Shown here: positions 25,543 through 32,000 of the stretch, one piece after another
Layout of the letters: the number at the start of each line of letters is the position of its first letter
Numbering within the stretch: position 1 is the stretch's first letter
Origin: Schaalia odontolytica
GTDB taxonomy: Bacteria > Actinomycetota > Actinomycetes > Actinomycetales > Actinomycetaceae
Length of the DNA: 32,000 bases
Assembly (NCBI RefSeq): GCF_005696695.1
Contig: NZ_CP040006.1
Span: 1,290,001-1,322,000 of the forward strand
Reading direction: 5' to 3'
Position numbers and translations under genes: made by a program
The notes under the pieces: model-generated
The model's database searches: none
What the model was told of the DNA's origin: nothing
Seen by the model: the letters and a program-made list of their open reading frames with translations, nothing else

Positions 25543-26627
25543 CGATGATTCTTCTTCCTGTGGGGCTGGTTCTCGTTGCCCAGGCGCTTGCCGGGCTTGA
25601 TAGGAGCCACCTTCACCGATGCGGAGGCGCCCGGCGTATCAGCGGCGTGGCGGCCCTGACGTGCCCGGTCGACGGCCGCGTTGTGCTCGCGGGTCTTGGG
25701 CGACAGCTCCTGGAAGGTGACCAGAAGCGGCGACGCGATAAAGATCGACGAGTAGGTACCGGCGATCATACCGACGAACAGGGCCAGCGAGATATCCACC
25801 AGGGTACCCGGGCCAAGGGCCACGGAACCGATGATCAGAATCGCGCCGACAGGGAGAAGCGCCACAACCGAGGTGTTGATCGAACGAACCATCGTCTGAT
25901 TGACTGCGAGGTTCACGTACTCGGCGAAGGTGTAGTGCTTCTGCTCGTAGACGTCCGAGGTCAGCTCACGCACCTTGTCGAAGACGACGACGGTGTCATA
26001 GAGCGAGTAACCCAGAATCGTCAGGAAGCCGATCACGGTCGCGGGCGACACCTCGACCTGCAGGATCGCGAACACGCCGATGGTGACGGCGATGTCGTGC
26101 ACAAGCGCGAGCAGCGCAGACGCTGCCATGCGCCACGAGCGGAAGTACACCGTCATCAGCAGGGCGACGAGCGCCATGAAGATGACGAGCGACTGAGCGG
26201 CCTTCGTGGTGACCGAGGACCCCCAGGAGGGGCCGATCGAAGAGGACTGCACCTCGGTCGTATCCACGCCGTAGGCGCTGGCCAGCGCGTCACGCATCTG
26301 AGCGGTCTGCGCGGAATCCAGGGACGTCGTCTGGATGCGCACCGAATCCGAACCCACGCGGGTCACCTTCGGGGCACCCTCGACGAGGCCGGTGGAGGTT
26401 ACTGCGTGCGAGGCGAAAGACTCGCTCTGGTCGCTCACGTGAGCGACATCGAACTGAGAGCCTCCGGTGAACTCAATCGAGCGGTTCAGGCCCAGGATCG
26501 CGACGAGCGCGAAACCGAGAACGAGCACCGCGGCGGCGAGGCCGACGAAGACCTTACGCTTGGGAACGACAGCATAGGACTTGTCGCCCGAGTACAGGGC
26601 GTTACCCCACTGAGCAAAACTCATCAT
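25539..26627 (-). CDS. secF: Protein translocase subunit SecF
   Basis: 362 aa. GLNRSIEFTGGSQF, six TM segments, LHDIAVTIGVFAIL and SLYDTVVVFDKVRE blocks. Basic C-terminal tail. Confidence 0.93.
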   Translation of the reverse strand: MMSFAQWGNALYSGDKSYAVVPKRKVFVGLAAAVLVLGFALVAILGLNRSIEFTGGSQFDVAHVSDQSESFASHAVTSTGLVEGAPKVTRVGSDSVRIQTTSLDSAQTAQMRDALASAYGVDTTEVQSSSIGPSWGSSVTTKAAQSLVIFMALVALLMTVYFRSWRMAASALLALVHDIAVTIGVFAILQVEVSPATVIGFLTILGYSLYDTVVVFDKVRELTSDVYEQKHYTFAEYVNLAVNQTMVRSINTSVVALLPVGAILIIGSVALGPGTLVDISLALFVGMIAGTYSSIFIASPLLVTFQELSPKTREHNAAVDRARQGRHAADTPGASASVKVAPIKPGKRLGNENQPHRKKNHR

Positions 26628-26628
26628 G

Positions 26629-28593
26629 TCAGTTCTCCTCTTCCTCGGTCACGCCTGCGGCGCCATCCGTCGTTTCGGCTGAAGCGTCGTCGACGGTCTC
26701 TTCCTCGGCCTTCGCGGCGGCGAGGCGGGCGGCACGGCGGCGCTCGGCAATCGACAGACCGTCGCCAGCCTCGTCGTCGTTGTCCTTCGCCGTCGCGGAT
26801 TCACCGCGCACAACCACGCGTCCGCGACCCGCGTACACGAGAGCATTCTTCGCACCCAGGTGCTCGGGATCCAGACCCGACAGCTTGTGGCCCTCGCCGA
26901 AGAAGCGAGTCCGGATCAGCAGCTCCATCATCGGGTGGGTGAACAGGAAGATCACCGCGATGTCGATAACTGTCGTGATACCGAGGGTGAAGGCGAAGCC
27001 CTGAACGCCACCGACGGCGAGCAGGTAGAGGACCACGGCCGCAACCAGGTTGACGGCGTCGGAGACCAGGATGGTGCGCTTGGCGCGATCCCAGCCCTCT
27101 TCGACGGCGGCGCGCAGCGGTCGTCCGTCTCGGACCTCGTCTCGAACACGTTCGAAGTAGACGATGAACGAGTCCGTGGTGACGCCGATGGCCATAATCA
27201 GACCGGCGACGCCTGCCAGCGACAGGCGGTAGCCCATCGCCCACGACAGCAGCGTGATCACCAGGTAGGTGATGACCGAGGCAACGACCAGCGAACCGGC
27301 GGAAATGATCGCGAGGCCGCGGTACTGCCAAATCAGGTAGAGGATGACCAGCAGGAAGCCGATGAGAGCCGCCCACAGACCGACGGTCAGGTGGTCCGTA
27401 CCGATCGTCGCAGAAATCTGCTGCTCGGACTCAACCTCGAAGTTCAGCGGCAGCGAGCCGAACTGCAGCTGGTTAGCCAGAGCAGTCGCGGACTGCGCAG
27501 TGAAGTTACCGCTGATCTGCGCCTCACCGTTGGGGATGATGGCCTGCATAGACGGAGCGGTAATCACGGTTCCATCGAGAACGACCGCGAACGAGTTACG
27601 GTCCGGAGTGCCACGATAGGACGCCCCCTGGGGGTCCGAATCGTGGTAGCCGTACAGGATTGTGGAGGTGTCCTTGAACTTCTCGGTGCCGTCGTGGTTG
27701 AACTGCAGCGACACGATCCACTGGCCGGTCGACTGACCGTTATTGTTGCGTGCGATGGCCGCAGCAGCAGTCGTCAGATCCGAGCCGGGAACGGCCACGG
27801 GGCCCAGGATGTACTTGACCTGGCCGGACTCGTCGCAGGCGGCGTAGGGCTTGTCGGCGGGCCCCTCGACGCGCTTCACATCGGCGGATGCCGAGCAATC
27901 GAGCGTCAGGAAGTCGTACATGACCTGCTCGGTCACCCAGGCGAGATCCGACGCGTTCTCGGGAGTCGTCGCGGGGGTGTCGGACAGGACGCCGTCGCCG
28001 TCCGCGTCGGCAGCGCCGCGCGCAGTCGCCTCATCCAGGGCGGTGGACTGGACACCAGACTGAGCAGCATCAGCCGCGCCGGTGCCACTCTGCTCACCCG
28101 ACTGAGCACCGGACTGCTCACCCGACTGAGCACCGCTCTGCGCACCCGACTGAGGGTTATCCACCTTGGGCTGCTGCTGGTTCTGGAGAACGCCCTGCGC
28201 GGGCCCAATGCGCAGCACGGGGCGGAAGTTCATCTGCGAGGACGAACGGATCAGATCCAGCTGCTCCTGGGACGGGGTGCCGGGAATCGACACCATGATG
28301 TTGGAGCTACCCATCGAGGAGATCTCGGACTCGGACACGCCGGAGGCGTCAATACGATTACGAATAATCGAGATCGCCTGCGTGATGTCTTCCTCGGTGA
28401 TCGCACGCTGCCCCTCCGACGTCGGGGTCGGGGTCAGGATCAGCTGGGTACCACCCTTGAGGTCAAGGGCCAGGTCAGGGTATGGGGATACGCCCTTGGC
28501 AAGGTGCCCGATCGCAAGTGCCGCGCACGCCGCCACGATGGCGACGGTCAGGGTCACGAGCGCGCGCACGGGGCGTCGTTTGTGTGATGCCAC
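26629..28593 (-). CDS. secD: Protein translocase subunit SecD (with a low-complexity insertion in the periplasmic head and an acidic C-terminal tail)
   Basis: 654 aa. LALDLKGGTQLIL, a large extracytoplasmic domain, TM bundle with GLIMAIGVTTDSFIVYFERVRDE and SDAVNLVAAVVLY. GTG start preceded by GGAAAG. Confidence 0.93.
   Translation of the reverse strand: MASHKRRPVRALVTLTVAIVAACAALAIGHLAKGVSPYPDLALDLKGGTQLILTPTPTSEGQRAITEEDITQAISIIRNRIDASGVSESEISSMGSSNIMVSIPGTPSQEQLDLIRSSSQMNFRPVLRIGPAQGVLQNQQQPKVDNPQSGAQSGAQSGEQSGAQSGEQSGTGAADAAQSGVQSTALDEATARGAADADGDGVLSDTPATTPENASDLAWVTEQVMYDFLTLDCSASADVKRVEGPADKPYAACDESGQVKYILGPVAVPGSDLTTAAAAIARNNNGQSTGQWIVSLQFNHDGTEKFKDTSTILYGYHDSDPQGASYRGTPDRNSFAVVLDGTVITAPSMQAIIPNGEAQISGNFTAQSATALANQLQFGSLPLNFEVESEQQISATIGTDHLTVGLWAALIGFLLVILYLIWQYRGLAIISAGSLVVASVITYLVITLLSWAMGYRLSLAGVAGLIMAIGVTTDSFIVYFERVRDEVRDGRPLRAAVEEGWDRAKRTILVSDAVNLVAAVVLYLLAVGGVQGFAFTLGITTVIDIAVIFLFTHPMMELLIRTRFFGEGHKLSGLDPEHLGAKNALVYAGRGRVVVRGESATAKDNDDEAGDGLSIAERRRAARLAAAKAEEETVDDASAETTDGAAGVTEEEEN
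28084..28152 (-). repeat. In-frame 12-nt tandem repeat (about 5.75 copies) encoding (QSG[A/E])n inside secD
   Basis: The minus strand reads CAG TCG GGT GCG / CAG AGC GGT GCT / CAG TCG GGT GAG / CAG TCC GGT GCT / CAG TCG GGT GAG / CAG AGT GGC, which translates to QSGAQSGAQSGEQSGAQSGEQSG. At 24-nt periodicity two copies are nearly identical (28090-28113 and 28114-28137). Confidence 0.8.
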
Positions 28594-28619
28594 GGTTCTA
28601 CTTTCCGTTCAGCCTTGAG

Positions 28620-29027
28620 TTACTTCTGCTGCTCGTCGGTGTCGCGCACGTCAAAAGACTGGGCGTCTTCCTGATCGAGGCCGAGGACGGATGCGTCCTC
28701 CTCGACGGTCTCTGCCTCGTCGGCGTCCGCTTCAGCCTGCTCCGCGTCAGCGAGCGGCGGCTGGCCACCGATCTCGGCGATGAATTCACGTTCCCAGTAC
28801 ATCTCATGTCCGTCGGAGGTCTCCAGGACGACGATGTCGCCGTCCAGGTCCACGAAACGACCCCAGAAGCCCACGCGGGTACGCACCCATTCTCCGGGGG
28901 TGACGGCTGCGAGCTGGTCACGCTTTTCCTGTTCCAGCTTCTGCATCTGCTGCCTGCGGGAGCGCGAGCTCCACATCATGAAGACGATGAGGAAAGCTGC
29001 CATGATCAGGAGCATGTAGTTGTTCAT
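28620..29027 (-). CDS. yajC: Preprotein translocase subunit YajC (with an acidic C-terminal extension)
   Basis: 135 aa. N-terminal TM LLIMAAFLIVFMMW followed by RRQQMQKLEQ...GEWVRTRVGFWGRFVDLDGDIVVLE, the typical YajC core. It lies immediately upstream of secD. Confidence 0.9.
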   Translation of the reverse strand: MNNYMLLIMAAFLIVFMMWSSRSRRQQMQKLEQEKRDQLAAVTPGEWVRTRVGFWGRFVDLDGDIVVLETSDGHEMYWEREFIAEIGGQPPLADAEQAEADADEAETVEEDASVLGLDQEDAQSFDVRDTDEQQK

Positions 29028-29206
29028 AAAGGCTGATTCACTTTCGATGACGGTCTAGCGCTTCGAGCGCACTTTGCCAGTCTAATGCCCGAGCAAGGTT
29101 TTAGCCTAAGCGATCAAGGTGTGGCGCGGCGCGAGACGCCACCGGAGCCGTTTTGACACTCGGCACGTGCCCGCGGCCTGCACGGATGGGGACGAGGCTC
29201 ACTCCC

Positions 29207-30259
29207 CTAGTCGAAGAGGCCACCGTCCGGCGCCGGCGGAGTGAGGCCGAGGTGGGCCCATGCCTTGGGGGTTGCCATGCGTCCGCGGTTGGTGCGCACG
29301 AGGAAGCCTTCGCGCACGAGGTAGGGTTCCGCGACCGTTTCGACGGTTTCTGCTTCCTCGCCGATCGTCACCGACAGGGTCGTCAGGCCGACGGGACCAC
29401 CGGCGAAACGACGGCAGATGGCCTCGAGGACCGCGCGGTCAAGGCGGTCGAGGCCGGAGGGGTCAACTTCGAAGAGCTCGAGGGCACCGCGCGCAGCCTC
29501 GAGGGTCAGCTGCCCGTCGCCGTGCACCTGGGCGTAGTCGACAACGCGACGCAGCAGGCGGTTCGCGATACGAGGCGTTCCACGCGAACGCGAGGCGATC
29601 TCGTGGGCGGCCTGCGCGTCAATGGGCGAACCCAGCAGCGAGGCGGAACGGGTGACCACCGACTGCAGCTCATCGGTCTCGTAGAACTCGAGATGGGCTG
29701 TGAAGCCGAAGCGGTCGCGCAGCGGCGCGGGGAGCAGGCCCGAACGCGTCGTCGCGCCCACGACCGTAAAGGGCGGAAGGGTGAGCGGGATCGACGTCGC
29801 GCCGGGTCCCTTACCCACGACGACGTCCACACGGAAGTCCTCCATGGCGAGATACAGCATTTCCTCGGCGGTTCGCGCGAGGCGGTGGATCTCGTCAATG
29901 AAGAGGATGTCGCCCTCTTGGAGGCCGGAAAGAATCGCGGCAAGGTCACCAGCGTGCTGGATCGCGGGGCCGGAGGTCAGTCGCAGGGACGTTCCCATCT
30001 CGGCGGCGATGATCATTGCCAGCGTCGTCTTGCCGAGTCCCGGAGGGCCCGCAAGCAGGACGTGGTCGGGGCTGGCCGAACGCATCCGCGCGGCGTCAAG
30101 CACGAGCTGCAGCTGGCCTCGCACGACGCGCTGGCCCACGAACTCCGAGAGCTTCTTGGGGCGCAGCGCGGCCTCGGCTGCCCGCTCGAGTTCCCCGGCG
30201 TCGGGGGCCACGATGCGCATCGCATCAACGTCGAAACCGGAATCCATCTGATCAGCCAC
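29207..30259 (-). CDS. ruvB: Holliday junction branch migration DNA helicase RuvB
   Basis: 350 aa. [12 protein letters not shown], Walker [12 protein letters not shown], Walker [11 protein letters not shown], sensor [23 protein letters not shown]. The GTG start overlaps the ruvA end by 8 nt. Confidence 0.96.
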   Translation of the reverse strand: MADQMDSGFDVDAMRIVAPDAGELERAAEAALRPKKLSEFVGQRVVRGQLQLVLDAARMRSASPDHVLLAGPPGLGKTTLAMIIAAEMGTSLRLTSGPAIQHAGDLAAILSGLQEGDILFIDEIHRLARTAEEMLYLAMEDFRVDVVVGKGPGATSIPLTLPPFTVVGATTRSGLLPAPLRDRFGFTAHLEFYETDELQSVVTRSASLLGSPIDAQAAHEIASRSRGTPRIANRLLRRVVDYAQVHGDGQLTLEAARGALELFEVDPSGLDRLDRAVLEAICRRFAGGPVGLTTLSVTIGEEAETVETVAEPYLVREGFLVRTNRGRMATPKAWAHLGLTPPAPDGGLFD

Positions 30260-30857
30260 GTCCGCCTCCCAGCGTCACGAGGGCGGCGCGCAGCATGTCG
30301 GATGCGCCAAGACCACTGCCCGCGAGTTTCTCGACGGCCTTGGCAGCCTGAGCCTCGGACCAACCCAGTCCGACCAGGGCAGCGCTGACCTCGGAAGCCA
30401 CGGCGTCCTCGGTGGGCGCGGAAGCAGTGGCGGCTTCTCCACTCGGCAGGGCTGCCGGGGTGCCCAGCTTGTCGCCGATTTCGAGGGCCATGCGCTGAGC
30501 TGACTTCTTTCCCACACCGGGGATCCGCTGGAGAGCCGTGAGGTCCTGGTCGCGCACAGCGCGGCGCAGATCATCGGGACGCAGGACCGCCAATGCGGCG
30601 AGCGCGATCTTCGGTCCGATGCCCGACACCGACAGCAGCTTCGTGAACACATCACGCTCGTCCGCAGACTCAAAACCGTACAGCGTCATCGAGTCTTCGC
30701 GCACGATCATCGACGTGAACACGGTCATCTCCTGATCGCGCGAGGCGCCCTGCGCAAAAGCGGGCGTCACGTGCACGCGGAAGCCGATGCCTCCCACCAC
30801 GATATCGATGTGGTCGAGGCCGACGCTCGCGACTGTACCGCGCAGAATGGAGATCAC
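30252..30857 (-). CDS. ruvA: Holliday junction branch migration complex subunit RuvA
   Basis: [29 protein letters not shown], HhH motifs ([28 protein letters not shown]) and C-terminal domain III. Start placed at the GTG at 30857, preceded by AAAGGA with 5-nt spacing. The track ORF starts 6 codons upstream at the ATG at 30875. Confidence 0.92.
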   Translation of the reverse strand: MISILRGTVASVGLDHIDIVVGGIGFRVHVTPAFAQGASRDQEMTVFTSMIVREDSMTLYGFESADERDVFTKLLSVSGIGPKIALAALAVLRPDDLRRAVRDQDLTALQRIPGVGKKSAQRMALEIGDKLGTPAALPSGEAATASAPTEDAVASEVSAALVGLGWSEAQAAKAVEKLAGSGLGASDMLRAALVTLGGGRG

Positions 30858-30894
30858 TGCATTCCTTTCGTTCATGGGTCACCCGCGCATGCGG

Positions 30895-30910
30895 GCGAAC
30901 ATATGTACGA
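30895..30910. promoter_or_regulatory. LexA-type SOS box candidate between ruvC and ruvA
   Basis: GCGAACATATGTACGA against the actinobacterial SOS consensus TCGAAC-N4-GTTCGA gives 10 of 12 defined positions. Against the corynebacterial 16-mer TCGAA(A/C)ANNTGTTCGA it gives 12 of 14 defined positions. It sits 3 nt downstream of the ruvC stop and about 40 nt upstream of the ruvA start. Confidence 0.5.
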
Positions 30911-30912
30911 TT

Positions 30913-31542
30913 CTAGCCGCGCCTACGCCTCGGATCGACGGCACCCGTTCGGCGTTGCGCGGCCTGGGCCTCGGCCCATGCCTTTTGGGCAGGCGTCATG
31001 GATCCGCGCGCGGTCAGGCGACCCGAGATCGAAACGGCGACCGACGAGTCCTCGGGGGCGCCGAGCAAGCCTGTCCCCCGCCACGCGTGCGTAATCGCAA
31101 TGGCAAGAGCGTCTGCGGCGTCCGCGGGCTTAGGAGCCTTGGCGAGGCCAAGGATGCGTGCGACCATCGCCTGCACCTGCGCCTTGTCCGCGTTTCCGTT
31201 ACCAGAAACGGCGGACTTCACCTCGGAGGGCGTGTGGACAGCCATCGGCAGGCCGGCACGACCGACGCATGTCATCGCCGCACCCATGACCTGCATCGTG
31301 GTGGTCACCGACTGGAGATTGTCCTGCGCGAAGACGCGTTCGATGGCGACGACCTCTGGCTCGTAGCGCTCGATGACGCTGTCGATCGCGTCCGCGATCG
31401 TGCGCAGCCGGAAGTGCGTCGCCAGGTCCTTATCGGTACGGGCGACACCGACGTACACGAGCGAGGCGCGCCGCGACGCATCGACGTCAACCACGCCGAG
31501 GCCGCAGCGCGTCAGGCCCGGGTCGATGCCCATGACGCGCAT
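30913..31542 (-). CDS. ruvC: Crossover junction endodeoxyribonuclease RuvC
   Basis: 209 aa. [18 protein letters not shown] (catalytic Asp), AIERVF, and ADAADALAIAITH at the C-terminal catalytic region. The start shares one nt with the pdxT stop (TGATG). Confidence 0.95.
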   Translation of the reverse strand: MRVMGIDPGLTRCGLGVVDVDASRRASLVYVGVARTDKDLATHFRLRTIADAIDSVIERYEPEVVAIERVFAQDNLQSVTTTMQVMGAAMTCVGRAGLPMAVHTPSEVKSAVSGNGNADKAQVQAMVARILGLAKAPKPADAADALAIAITHAWRGTGLLGAPEDSSVAVSISGRLTARGSMTPAQKAWAEAQAAQRRTGAVDPRRRRG

Positions 31543-32000
31543 CAGGCGCGGCCCACCATATCGACGAACATCGCGTGAATACGATCGTCTCCGCCCACCT
31601 CGGGATGGAAGGATGTTGCCATGACGTTGCCGCTGCGCACGCCGACGATCGGGCCTTCGGCGCTGTTGCCGGCGCGCGCGATGACCTCGATGCCCTCGCC
31701 CACCGATTCAACCCACGGGGCGCGAATGAACACGGCGTGGAAGGGACCTCCCTCAACGCCCTCAACGTCCAGGTCCTCCTCGTAGGAGTCGACCTGACGA
31801 CCAAAGGCGTTACGACGCACGACCATATCGAGTGCGCCGAAAGAACGCTGGTCCTCACGTCCATCCAGGATCGACGACGCGAGCATAATCATGCCCGCGC
31901 ACGTGCCGTAGACCGGCAGGCCGGAGGCGATCCGGTCGTTGAGCGTGTCAAACAGACCGAAGGAGAGCAGCAGGTTCGACATGGTCGTCGACTCGCCGCC
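31542..32000 (-). CDS. pdxT: Pyridoxal 5'-phosphate synthase glutaminase subunit PdxT, 5' end beyond window
   Basis: The frame is open to the window edge and reads [11 protein letters not shown]...[12 protein letters not shown] (catalytic Cys)...RNAFGRQ...FIRAP...ATSFHPE. These are typical PdxT/SNO motifs. Confidence 0.9.
   Translation of the reverse strand, partial: GGESTTMSNLLLSFGLFDTLNDRIASGLPVYGTCAGMIMLASSILDGREDQRSFGALDMVVRRNAFGRQVDSYEEDLDVEGVEGGPFHAVFIRAPWVESVGEGIEVIARAGNSAEGPIVGVRSGNVMATSFHPEVGGDDRIHAMFVDMVGRA

Noticed and set aside
29028-29206. 179-bp ruvB-yajC spacer as a hidden small RNA or tRNA
   Set aside because: It contains only short stems (GTGGCG...CGCCAC, GCGCT-tcg-AGCGC) and a possible -10 (TAGACT at 29079-29084, minus). 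There is no tRNA-like cloverleaf, T-loop motif or convincing terminator. It most likely holds the yajC-secDF promoter.

Overview
GC-rich (by eye about two-thirds G+C) chromosomal segment with the gene order of a high-GC actinobacterium (Actinomycetales-like; I cannot assign a species). All 25 CDS I call except one lie on the minus strand. Many are joined by 1-8 nt overlaps or very short gaps, so this is a set of long co-directional operons. In + coordinate order: rarA (3' partial); two uncharacterised surface proteins; a siderophore ABC importer (ATPase, two FecCD permeases, lipoprotein binding protein) preceded by a strong DtxR/IdeR iron box; a Fes-like siderophore esterase; yciO-family gene; aspS; an MFS transporter (the only + strand gene); a DEAD-box RNA helicase; two paralogous membrane-associated P-loop GTPases; hisS; an MBL-fold hydrolase; a DUF349 protein; rel; apt; secF; secD; yajC; ruvB; ruvA; ruvC; pdxT (5' partial). 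I found no tRNA/rRNA, CRISPR array, transposase, integrase or recognisable defence, toxin-antitoxin or prophage module. Most of the window is conserved housekeeping synteny, and I cannot point to a clear-cut novel system. The best candidates for a second look are: (1) the hisS-coupled GTPase pair with a non-canonical switch-II motif; (2) the two surface proteins, which share a non-LPXTG C-terminal anchor motif next to the iron-uptake locus; (3) several unexplained regulatory structures, namely an 11-bp perfect inverted repeat upstream of the DUF349 gene, a roughly 20-bp hairpin between apt and rel, and a LexA-like box between ruvC and ruvA. The many long + strand ORFs in the supplied track are antisense shadows typical of GC3-rich DNA.
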